Assembly (NCBI GenBank): GCA_038735675.1
Contig: JAVYNJ010000006.1
Coordinates: 1 to 28,325 of the forward strand
Direction of reading: 5' to 3'
Length of the DNA: 28,325 nt
Source of the DNA: Nanopusillaceae archaeon
Lineage (GTDB): Archaea; Nanobdellota; Nanobdellia; Nanobdellales; Nanobdellaceae
Shown here: in pieces, positions 8,840 to 17,663 of the stretch
Layout of the letters: each line of letters begins with the position of its first letter
Numbering within the stretch: position 1 is the stretch's first letter
Translations under genes and position numbers: made by a program
The notes under the pieces: model-generated
Told to the model about the DNA's origin: nothing
Database searches by the model: none
What the model saw: the letters and a program-made list of their open reading frames with translations, nothing else

Positions 8840-9664
8840 CTATACTCTAAATAAGCCAAGAAGATCTAAAGATTTTGGAAGCATTGGGATAATTAATTTA
8901 AACACAACAAGAGTAAAAAACAATAGTATAAATGAATGTTTAATTCCTGCCTTATAAGATCCTTTATACATTTTTCCTATAGCTAAACCAGAGAAAAAAG
9001 ATTGTATTATTGATATAAGATACAAATTTGAATTTATATCTTCAACTCTAATTTTATTTTTACCTTCTAGACTGGATATATCCAGAAAAGGAACTAGAAA
9101 AACAATAATTATTAAAGCAGTTATAAGAAAGAAGAAAAATACAACGTAAGAATGTATAACATTTTCAAACAATAAAGATTCTCTCTGTTTTTTCAATTTC
9201 CTAATTTCTTTTATAGACTTTATTGTTGCTTCTAAACTTTTATCAAGTTCTCCACCAGATTTATATAGATTTATTATGTTTTTTACTATTTTAGAAATTG
9301 TTTTATTATTACACTCCTCGGAAAACATTTCAAATGACTCTACAATTCCAACTCCCCAATCTATTCTAGCAGAAAAATTTTTTACTGCTCTACTCAATGG
9401 TCCATAATCTGATTTCTCTAGATAACTCAAAGCAACAGGAAGAGGCAATCCAGATCTTAAAAGATCTATAAGATCCATTGAAAATCTAAAAAAATTATTT
9501 TCTTTTATTTCTTCTTTTTTCGAAACATAAGAATAATATAATAGGGTTGGTAAAGTCGACAAAACCAAAGAGGTAACTAATGCATCTTCCAAAGAATATC
9601 CTATATTTAAGAAAATGAAATAAAAAATAAAAAGTAAGATTATAGAAAATATTTCTATTCTCAT
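8840..9664 (-). CDS. Type II/IV secretion system F-domain membrane protein (FlaJ/TadC-like, C-terminal-half equivalent)
   Basis: 274 aa. A cytoplasmic helical T2SSF-like domain (LRSGLPLPVALSYL..YKSGGELDKSLEATIKSI) is flanked by TM segments. ATGA overlap with the upstream paralogous gene. Confidence 0.65.
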   Translation of the reverse strand: MRIEIFSIILLFIFYFIFLNIGYSLEDALVTSLVLSTLPTLLYYSYVSKKEEIKENNFFRFSMDLIDLLRSGLPLPVALSYLEKSDYGPLSRAVKNFSARIDWGVGIVESFEMFSEECNNKTISKIVKNIINLYKSGGELDKSLEATIKSIKEIRKLKKQRESLLFENVIHSYVVFFFFLITALIIIVFLVPFLDISSLEGKNKIRVEDINSNLYLISIIQSFFSGLAIGKMYKGSYKAGIKHSFILLFFTLVVFKLIIPMLPKSLDLLGLFRV

Positions 9665-11055
9665 ATCTCTAATTTAGATATAAAAAGCATTACGCCAATA
9701 TTTATTATCGGAAGAACTATTATTGATATAAATTTAAGAAATTCCGATATTGATAAGCCAAAAATTGTTGAAGATAACGTTGACAACATAATTCCGACTG
9801 AAATAATTAACATTGGTATAGTTAAAACTAAGCCAACATACAAATCTGAAAAGTTTTTCATTACTTGATTTAATTTTTCTAAATCTGTTCTATAAGTTAA
9901 TAGCTGATTTTCGGTATATATAATAAAAAATTCCTTTATATTTCTACCTGATCTTAACGTTAATAATAGTTCATCTAAAAATTCTCTTAATCTTTCTGAA
10001 ACAGTAGTGTCCCTTACATGTTCTATAGCGTCGGATAAACTAATTCCAGAATTCAGTAAATCTGCTAATCTTTTAAATTCTAAAGATAAAAATCCATAAT
10101 CTCCAGTTTCAGATATTAATCTAAAACAATTTTCTATATCTATTCCTGTTTGAAGCAAAGATAAAAGATGTACAGATGCAAATGGGAGATTTATATCTAT
10201 TTCTTTTCTAATCTCTTTTTCTCTATAGATTATATAAGTATATAACAAAATTGGAAAAACAAGAATAAAAATAAATATTATTGTTAAAAAAAACATTTCG
10301 TAAGCATAAATAAGAAAGATTATGAGAACAGAAATTGCTATAGAAACTATAAAAAATATAAAAGATAAAAACTTGGATGGATTTACATTTATTTTTCCCC
10401 TAAACAACATTTTTCTTATTCTATAATGTATATCTGGATATTTTTCCAAAAGATAATTAGATATTTTACCAAACAACAAATCTGATATATCTAAAAGAAT
10501 TTTTTGAATTTCTATTTTTTCTATATCTTTTTTAAATTTCTTTTTAACTTTGTATATCTCTTCCTTTTCTTCAGTTTTCTGTTTAAATTCTTTTTTAAAT
10601 TTAAATTTCTCAATCTTATTTATATCCAATATATTTTCAGCTCTACTTAGTTCTTCTTCTATTTCAAAAAGTTTTGAAGAAATCTTTTGATCCTCTACTT
10701 GATATTCTAATATAGGATTTACAATTTCTTTTACATTTTCAAAAATTTCTTTTTTAATATTTTCTTCAATTGAATGATCTTCCTTTATGTAATCTATCAA
10801 AGTAGAAACATTATATTTTATTTTACCTAGATATATATAGATTTTTGATTCTAATTTAAAGATTCTTTTATTTATTTCCCTTAATTGAGAATGATAATAT
10901 TCTTCTGAAATTTCAAAAAATTTAAATTTTTCTTCTAATTCTTTTTTCTCAGCTAACAATTTATTTAAAGAATTATATATCTTTTTAACATTTTTTATAA
11001 GAAAAAATGTATTTTTTATTTTTTTATTCAAAAAATCTACAGATTCTCTTTTCAT
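9661..11055 (-). CDS. Type II/IV secretion system F-domain membrane protein (FlaJ/TadB-like) with a ~225-aa N-terminal coiled-coil extension
   Basis: 464 aa. A K/E-rich coiled-coil N-terminus is followed by TM segments and a T2SSF-like domain (LLQTGIDIENCFRLI..LNSGISLSDAIEHV..LRSGRNIKEFF). Confidence 0.65.
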   Translation of the reverse strand: MKRESVDFLNKKIKNTFFLIKNVKKIYNSLNKLLAEKKELEEKFKFFEISEEYYHSQLREINKRIFKLESKIYIYLGKIKYNVSTLIDYIKEDHSIEENIKKEIFENVKEIVNPILEYQVEDQKISSKLFEIEEELSRAENILDINKIEKFKFKKEFKQKTEEKEEIYKVKKKFKKDIEKIEIQKILLDISDLLFGKISNYLLEKYPDIHYRIRKMLFRGKINVNPSKFLSFIFFIVSIAISVLIIFLIYAYEMFFLTIIFIFILVFPILLYTYIIYREKEIRKEIDINLPFASVHLLSLLQTGIDIENCFRLISETGDYGFLSLEFKRLADLLNSGISLSDAIEHVRDTTVSERLREFLDELLLTLRSGRNIKEFFIIYTENQLLTYRTDLEKLNQVMKNFSDLYVGLVLTIPMLIISVGIMLSTLSSTIFGLSISEFLKFISIIVLPIINIGVMLFISKLEI

Positions 11056-11099
11056 TATATTTTATTTTAAATATCTCGAGATTATATAAAATTATAATC
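11056..11099. promoter_or_regulatory. Symmetric divergent promoter region between the FlaJ-like and FlaI-like genes
   Basis: TTTTAAATAT (11065..11074) is centred about 30 nt upstream of the + ATG at 11100. TTTTATATAA on the minus strand (11082..11091) is centred about 31 nt upstream of the - ATG at 11055. A CTCGAG palindrome lies between them. Confidence 0.4.
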
Positions 11100-12599
11100 A
11101 TGGATATTATACTTAACCTAAAACCAAAAATTCCAATAATTGAAATACCTCAGAAAATTGAAAACACAAATATAATATATCCTTTAATCGAGCCTTTTGC
11201 TTATGCTAAAATATATTATAATAAGAACAAATCAATATTATTATATAACGTTTTAGAACCTTCTTTGTCAGAAGATGAAAAGAAGCTTTTAGATTCAGTA
11301 AAACTAGGAGTTAAAGATCTTTTATTTGTAAAATTATCGGATATTGAAGATTATAAAAAAGCTTTAAGTTATTTAAAGAGAATATATGATCTTTTGTTAA
11401 AAGAAATGTCCATAAAATTAAATAAAAAACAATACCAAAAAATATTTTATTATGTCTTTAGAGATATATATGGATATGGAAAGATAGAACCACTTATGAG
11501 GGATCCTTTTATCGAAGATATTAGCTGTACAGGAGTTTTATCTCCAATATACATTGTTCATAGATTTTTTGGAAATTTGGAAACAAATATATATTTTCTT
11601 AATGAAGAAGAAATATTAGATACTATAGAAAAGTTTGCTCTTAGATCCAAAAAATACATATCTTTTTCAGATCCTATATTAGATGCTACCTTACCTGATG
11701 GATCTAGAGTTAACGCCACATATTCAAAAGAAATTACTACTAGAGGACCAACCTTTACGATAAGAAAATTTAGAGAGAACCCTTGGACTCCAATAGATTT
11801 AATTAAAATTGGATCTGTAAGTCCAGAAATTTTAGCTTATTTATGGTTAGCAATAGAATATAGAAGAAATATCATAATAATAGGAAGCACATCTTCAGGA
11901 AAGACTACATTTCTCAATGCAATATCGATGTTTATACCTCCATCAGCCAAAATTGTTTCAATAGAAGATACTAGAGAAATCAAATTATATCATAAAAACT
12001 GGATTCCATCAACTATAAAATATTCTAATGACAAAAATAAGGAAATAGATATGTTTACATTACTTAAAGAAGCAATGCGACAAAATCCAAACTATTTAAT
12101 TGTTGGTGAGGTGAGAGGAAAAGAAGCCTATGTTATGTTTCAAGCAATGGCATCCGGACATGCTTCTATATCAACTATGCACGCTGAATCTACAGATGCT
12201 TTGATTTATAGACTTATATCTCCGCCTATAGAATTGCCAGAAAGTTTAGTTAATCTGTTAGATCTTTCTGTTCTTATGTTCCATGATATTACTACAGGAA
12301 AAAACATTAGAAAAGTTAGACAAATTGACGAAATAATAAACAGAAAGAGATATAATACAATATTTTATTGGGATCCTTCTGAAAAACTGTTTAAATCAAA
12401 TTATAAATCTTATATGTTATATAAAATACACACTGAATATGGAGTATCCTACGAAGATTTAATTAGAGAGTTAACTACAAGATCTAAATTATTAAATAGA
12501 CTTACAGCTTATAAAATATCTCCTGAAGATTTTTTCAAAATAATTAACAACTACTACTTTAATAAAGAGTATATTCTAAATTTGTTCAAGATTTTATAA
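11100..12599 (+). CDS. FlaI/PilB-like type II/IV secretion ATPase (archaeal type IV filament assembly ATPase)
   Basis: Walker A GSTSSGKTT, Walker B region NPNYLIVGEVRGKEA, MASGHASISTMHA His box, and an N-terminal FlaI-like region. I place the start at Met32 of the listed ORF (ATG 11100), because the upstream 31 codons overlap the divergent gene. Confidence 0.85.
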   Translation: MDIILNLKPKIPIIEIPQKIENTNIIYPLIEPFAYAKIYYNKNKSILLYNVLEPSLSEDEKKLLDSVKLGVKDLLFVKLSDIEDYKKALSYLKRIYDLLLKEMSIKLNKKQYQKIFYYVFRDIYGYGKIEPLMRDPFIEDISCTGVLSPIYIVHRFFGNLETNIYFLNEEEILDTIEKFALRSKKYISFSDPILDATLPDGSRVNATYSKEITTRGPTFTIRKFRENPWTPIDLIKIGSVSPEILAYLWLAIEYRRNIIIIGSTSSGKTTFLNAISMFIPPSAKIVSIEDTREIKLYHKNWIPSTIKYSNDKNKEIDMFTLLKEAMRQNPNYLIVGEVRGKEAYVMFQAMASGHASISTMHAESTDALIYRLISPPIELPESLVNLLDLSVLMFHDITTGKNIRKVRQIDEIINRKRYNTIFYWDPSEKLFKSNYKSYMLYKIHTEYGVSYEDLIRELTTRSKLLNRLTAYKISPEDFFKIINNYYFNKEYILNLFKIL

Positions 12600-12624
12600 A
12601 AATAAAAGTAAATTTTCTGGGGTT

Positions 12625-12641
12625 GAGGGTTATATAACCCA
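12625..12641 (-). other. 23S processing-stem strand (3' flank of the 23S on the minus strand)
   Basis: GAGGGTTATATAACCCA (plus-strand reading) is the exact reverse complement of 15588..15604. The core GGGTTATATAACCC is itself palindromic. Confidence 0.75.
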
Positions 12642-15587
12642 CGGGCGATTGGAAGCGGTCGGCTTACTCCTCGGAAACCCTCGGAGCTTCCACCGCCGCC
12701 CCATCAACGGGGTCTTCTACCCCAGCCCTTAATAGCCGCCTATTTTCGGGGAGGGGTTCGCCCTTAGATGCTTTCAGGGCTTACCCCCTATGGCGTAGCT
12801 ACCGGGCTTGCCCTCGTCGGACAGCCCGTCCACCAGTGGCCACGGCCCGCCGTTCCTTTCGTACTAGGCGGACCTTCCCCTCAGGCGGCTAGCACCCCCG
12901 ACAGTTAGAGACCGAACTGCCTCGCGGCGTTCTGAACCCATCTCACGACCCCTTTTAATGGGTGAGCACCCCCACCCTTGGCGGCTTCTGCACCACCAGG
13001 ATAGGGGGAGACGACGTCGAGGTCACGAACCGCGGGGTCGATGTGGGCTCTCGCCCGCGACTGTGCTGTTACCCCCGGAGTAGCTTTTCCGCCAGCCCAT
13101 ACCCCCACCAATGGGAGTATGGGGTTCGCTAGGCCCGGGTTTCCCCCCTGCGCCCCTTGATGGTCGGGGCGCAGTCAGGCCGGCTTTTGGCCTTGTCCTC
13201 CACAGCGGAGTTCTGACCCGCTTGAGCCGACCTTTTGGACCCCGCCGATATCTTTTCGGCGGGGTGCCGCCCCAGCCAAACCGCCCACCTGCCGCTGTCC
13301 TCTTCCGAGTTAGTTCCAAAGGGTCCAGAGGCGGGTGTTTCATGGACGCATCCCTTCAACCTAGCGGCTGAAGTTCATCGCTCCCCGCTACGCTACACAC
13401 TGGACCCTTTGGAACAACGGCAGGCTGCGGTTAAGCTTCACGGGGTCTTTTCTACCCATCGGGGGTCCCTGGCCTTCTCACCAGGACGGCAGGTTCAGGG
13501 GGTCCCGGCCAGGGACAGTGGCGGGCTCGTTACACCGTTCGCAAAGCCGGCATTTAACCGGCAAGGCATTACGCTACCTTAAGAGGGTCAGAGTTACCCC
13601 CGCCGTTTACCGGCCCTTAGCCCCCTTGAACGGGGGGTTCAGGTACCGGCACTGGGCAGGTGTCGCCCCCGGTAAAAACCCTTTCGGGCTATCCGGGAGC
13701 TATGTTTTTGATAAACAGTCGGCCCGCCCTAGTCACTGCGACCTGCGGTAGCAGGATTAGCCCACTACCGCAGGCACCCCTTCTCCCTAAGTTACGGGGC
13801 TAATTTGCCGAGTTCCCTTGACCGGGTTACCCCCACGGCCTTAGGCTTTTCACCCAGGGGACCAGTATCGGTGTGCGGTACGGTCGCCCAGGATCGTTCC
13901 TCTTTCCCTTTTCATAGCCACCAGGCCTCGGCGGAAATTCAGGGTTTGAGCCGGTTCTCACCATTACGGTACTCCCCGGCCCTATCCCCTTTAACGGAAG
14001 TAAGTGGAATTTAATCCACCCCTCCGTCCGCCTAGCCCAATGGGTCGGGAAAGAGGCTTGCGTTACCGCACCTACCTGGGCGGTAGGGGAATATTAACCC
14101 CTTTCCCTTTCCCCATATCCCTCTCGGGATATGGGTTAGGACCGACTAACCCCCAGTTGAACTTCATTGCTGGGGAAACCTTTCCCCTTTCGGCCGACGG
14201 GATTCTCACCCGTCTGATTCCTACTACCGCGGGGATCTTCATTCCGAACGGCTCCAGAGCCCCTTTCGGAGCTCCTTCTGAGCCATCCGGACGCCCGCCT
14301 ACCTCACGCGGATCAAAGATCCGCGGACCTGGGTCTCGGCAGCCGGCTTAGACCCGTCCGTTTTCGGGGCCTATCCCCTCGCCGGGTGAGCTGTTACGCA
14401 CTCCTTAGATGATGGCTGCTTCTAAGCCTACATCCCCGGTGTCTTAGGGGATAGACACCCTTGATTTTCACTTAGCCGGCATTTAGGGGCCTTAACCCAG
14501 GTCTCGGTTGTTCCCGTCTCGGATACGCGGCTTTCCCGCGCACCCCGTCTCCCGGGATCTACGGATCTACCAGCTTCGGAGTTGGACTCCGTAGGGATAA
14601 CCCCTACGGAATCCGTAGCTCTACACCGGTAGAATCCTCCCCCGAGGCTTGACTTCAATCAATTTCGGCGGGGACCGGCTATCACCGGGCCCGATTGGCT
14701 TTTCACCCCTACTCCGAGGTTATGGGAGGGATTTTTCCCATCCCTTCGGGCCTCCACGGGGGTTTCCCCCCGCTTCGCCCTACCTCGGAGTAGATCGCCC
14801 GGTTTCCGGTCGTATCCGAGTGACTAACCGCTCTTTCGAACGGGTCCCCTCGCGGAAAAGATTCCGCTGCGGGATCTCGGTTTCCCTACGGCTTCGGGGA
14901 TAAACCCCTTAACCTCGCCACTCGGATACACTCCCCCGCACGTTCTTCCAAACGTACGGCAAAACGGGATAACCTCGCGGTTGTACTCATTCGTCGCCGA
15001 AATTTTCCAACCGCAAGGCCTAACCCGCTTTGCCTGACTGTCCCCGCCCGGTTTCAGATTCTTTTCACACCCTGCCACGGGTTCTTTTCACCGTTCGGTC
15101 GCCCTACTATACGCTATCGGACTCGGGTAGTATTTAGCCTTGGGGGTTGGTTACCCCCAACTTCCTGACGGAAATTCAACCGCCAGTACTCCGGAAGTAG
15201 AGATATTCCGCTGTAAAGGCCCCTACGGGACTGTCACCCTCTTCGGTTCCGGACTTCCACCGGAATTCGAAGCCTTTACAGCGGAATAGCCTCTACCCCA
15301 TAACACCACATCTCCTCTGAGTTACCCCAGAGGATTAGGTTTAGGCTTCTCCCCTTTCGGTCGCCCCTACTAGGGGAATCACGTTTTGTTTTCTTTTCCT
15401 GCGGGTACTGAGATGTTTCACTTCCCCGCGTTCCCCTCCCTTACGGGATGTTCGGGTTTTTCACCCGAACAGGAGTTCCCATTCGGGAATCTGCGGATCA
15501 ATGGTTGCGTGCACCTCCCCGCAGCATTTGGTCGCTTGCCACCCCCTTCTTCGGCTCCCGAGCCCAGGCATCCACCGGGCGGGTTGC
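12642..15587 (-). rRNA. 23S (LSU) rRNA, about 2.95 kb, no intron-sized insertion
   Basis: The minus strand begins ..CCGCCCGGTGGATGCCTGGGCTCGGGAGCCGAAGAAGGGGG, the typical archaeal 23S 5' region. A continuous GC-rich block without credible ORFs runs between the two processing-stem strands. Confidence 0.95.
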
Positions 15588-15604
15588 TGGGTTATATAAC
15601 CCTC
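15588..15604 (-). other. 23S processing-stem strand (5' flank of the 23S on the minus strand)
   Basis: TGGGTTATATAACCCTC is the reverse complement of 12625..12641. Confidence 0.75.
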
Positions 15605-15632
15605 TCATTCCCCTCATCTTTAATCAGAATTC

Positions 15633-15659
15633 TCTCTCTTACTATTATAGTAAGAGAGA
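15633..15659. repeat. Perfect 12-bp inverted repeat with a 3-nt spacer (TCTCTCTTACTA tta TAGTAAGAGAGA) in the 23S/proS divergent region
   Basis: Read directly: 15633..15644 is the reverse complement of 15648..15659. Confidence 0.8.
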
Positions 15660-15720
15660 TCATGATATTGTTAGATATAATTTAGCAATGTTTTAAAATT
15701 TTATAGCATGTTGTAAGATT

Positions 15721-17397
15721 ATGGTTGAATTGGAAAAAAAAGAAAATTTTTCCGAATGGTATAATCAAATAATTAGAGAAGCCGAAATAATTGATGATAG
15801 ATTTCCTGTAAAAGGAATGCCTGCATATCCAAATTATGGATTTTCTTTGATAAAAAATATTTTTTCAATTTTAGAAAAATTATTAGACAAAGAAGAATAC
15901 AAGCCTATATGGCTACCAATATTAATTCCAAAAGAAATATTTCAAAAAGAAGAAGAACATATTATTGGATTTGGAGGCGAAGTATTTTACGTTAAACCTG
16001 GAAATCCCTTAGAAGAAGAAAAAGAGATTTACTATATACTTCGACCAACTTCTGAAACAGAATTATACTACATGTTTTCTTTATGGATCAACTCATATAA
16101 AGATCTGCCTTTTTTAACCTACATGAGCAATTCGGTCTATAGATATGAAACAAAAGCAACAAAACCCTTAATAAGAGGAAGAGAGATTCTATGGATAGAA
16201 TCACATACAGCTCACAAAGATATTGATGATGCTAATAAAAATATTAAAAAATCCATGGAAATATATTCTAATCTATTTTGGGATATCTTGTCAATTCCCC
16301 ATATATGGATTGTTAGACCAGATTGGGACAAATTTGCTGGAGCTCAAAAAACTTTTGCTGCAGATACTTTATTACCTGATGGAAGATTTTTACAAATAGG
16401 AACTACACACATGTTAGGCCAAAATTTTTCAAAAGCATTCAATATTAAATTTCAAGATAAGCATCCTTACATCAAAATAGATGATAATACTTTTGAAGCC
16501 AAAAGCAAAAATGGGGAATATAAATTTATTATAAAGGTTCTAGATAATAATATTGAGATAAGATTTTATGAAAATGAAATTGAAAAAGCAAAAATTTTGG
16601 ATAAAATAGAATTTTCTGGAGATATATCTGAAGATAATGAGAATTTAATTAGAAATATCGATGAAATTTTAAGAAAACATTTTCCAAAAGAGTTTTTAGA
16701 TCTTGATAATACTAAATTTGTATGGCAAACTTGTTTTGGTTTATCTATGAGAATATTAGCGGCTATAGTAGGAATTCACGGAGATGATAGTGGATTAATT
16801 TTGCCTTTTGAAATAGCTCCCATACAAATAGTATTAATTCCCATATATTATTCTGAAACTGAAAAACAAAAAATTTTAGATTATTGTAAAAAAATAGAAA
16901 ACATTTTATCTGAAAAATATAGAATAAAAATTGATGATAGAGACGATAAGACTCCTGGATGGAAATTCAATTATTGGGAAATGAAGGGAGTTCCTATTAG
17001 AATAGAAATAGGCTTAAGAGAATTTGAAAATGAAATTGTAACGATATGCGATAGAATAACTAAAAAAAGAAAATCTATTTCTCTAAACGAAATAGAAAAA
17101 TATCTTTCTGAACTTATAAAAGAACTTGATTTAAAATTAAAAGAAAATAGCAAAAAATTCTTTGAAAGCAGCATTATAAAAATCAAATCTATAGAAGAAC
17201 TAAAGGATATTATAGATAAAAGAAAAGCAGCTAAAGTGCCTTTTTGTTTAAGCGAAGAATGTGGTAAGTACTTAAAAAATAATTTAAATGTTGATGTTCG
17301 TGGCTATGATATTATTCCAGAAATTGCTGAAGATGAAGAGTGTATTGTTTGTAAAAATAAAGCAAAATATTGGTGTTACATTGGAAAAAGTTATTAG
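15721..17397 (+). CDS. proS: Prolyl-tRNA synthetase, archaeal/eukaryote-like type, with an ~84-aa insertion in the catalytic domain
   Basis: 558 aa. NFSEWYNQIIREAEIID, RPTSET, class II motif regions, WQTCFGLSMR, HGDDSGLILP, a C-terminal Cys-rich domain and a terminal Tyr. Confidence 0.9.
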   Translation: MVELEKKENFSEWYNQIIREAEIIDDRFPVKGMPAYPNYGFSLIKNIFSILEKLLDKEEYKPIWLPILIPKEIFQKEEEHIIGFGGEVFYVKPGNPLEEEKEIYYILRPTSETELYYMFSLWINSYKDLPFLTYMSNSVYRYETKATKPLIRGREILWIESHTAHKDIDDANKNIKKSMEIYSNLFWDILSIPHIWIVRPDWDKFAGAQKTFAADTLLPDGRFLQIGTTHMLGQNFSKAFNIKFQDKHPYIKIDDNTFEAKSKNGEYKFIIKVLDNNIEIRFYENEIEKAKILDKIEFSGDISEDNENLIRNIDEILRKHFPKEFLDLDNTKFVWQTCFGLSMRILAAIVGIHGDDSGLILPFEIAPIQIVLIPIYYSETEKQKILDYCKKIENILSEKYRIKIDDRDDKTPGWKFNYWEMKGVPIRIEIGLREFENEIVTICDRITKKRKSISLNEIEKYLSELIKELDLKLKENSKKFFESSIIKIKSIEELKDIIDKRKAAKVPFCLSEECGKYLKNNLNVDVRGYDIIPEIAEDEECIVCKNKAKYWCYIGKSY

Positions 17398-17629
17398 GTG
17401 GCCGTAAGCCGCTTTTAGTATATATTTTTCTAATCGGCAAACCTTTTACCGGCGGGTCTTCCTTCTCAAGATACCGGAAAGCTCTCCAAGGTTATCTTAG
17501 GTTACCCCAAGATATTTCCTTTTCATTTTCATTTGCTTTCCGGCTCGCTATTTCTTGAGAAGTTGCCGGGGATTTCTCCCCCCGACTTGCGTCGGCGCCC
17601 TACGGTAAGCGGACTTTCCAACGGCCACC
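17397..17629 (-). ncRNA. rnpB: RNase P RNA candidate, unusually small (233 nt)
   Basis: Minus strand: 5' GGTGGCCG TT GGAAAGTCCGC ... ACTAAAAGCGGCTTA CGGCCACC 3'. This gives a CR-I-like GGAAAGUCC, a CR-V-like ACnnAAnnCGGCUUA, a P4 pairing with a bulged U, and an 8-bp terminal helix. It is a GC-rich island, with a TATA-like element about 28 nt upstream and a T5 run 8-12 nt downstream. Confidence 0.7.
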
Positions 17630-17650
17630 TATATTTATAAGCTTCTACTT

Positions 17651-17662
17651 AAAATATAAAAA
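17651..17662 (-). promoter_or_regulatory. TATA-like element (TTTTTATATTTT on the minus strand) for the RNase P RNA candidate
   Basis: Centred about 28 nt upstream of the first G of the RNA (17629). Confidence 0.4.
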
Positions 17663-17663
17663 T

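Noticed and set aside
11007-11099. N-terminal 31 codons of the listed FlaI-like ORF; likewise the first 18 codons of the eL37 ORF (22145..22198) and the first 23 codons of the 25587 ORF
   Set aside because: These extensions are low-complexity and overlap divergent genes or promoter DNA. Homologous proteins start at the internal Met.
12905-15696. Thirteen listed ORFs (68-115 aa, both strands) across the 12.9-15.7 kb block
   Set aside because: All fall inside the 23S rRNA gene or its leader. They are artefacts of GC-rich RNA sequence.
17370-17558. 62-aa plus-strand ORF overlapping the proS end and the GC-rich island
   Set aside because: The region is better explained as the RNase P RNA candidate on the minus strand. 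The ORF has no protein-like features.
17397-17629. Alternative identity of the GC-rich RNA as SRP (7S) RNA, or as a plus-strand RNA
   Set aside because: No SRP helix-8-type motifs were recognised. The GGAAAGTCC and CGGCTTA signatures with a bulged-U P4 pairing appear only on the minus strand, and they point to RNase P RNA.
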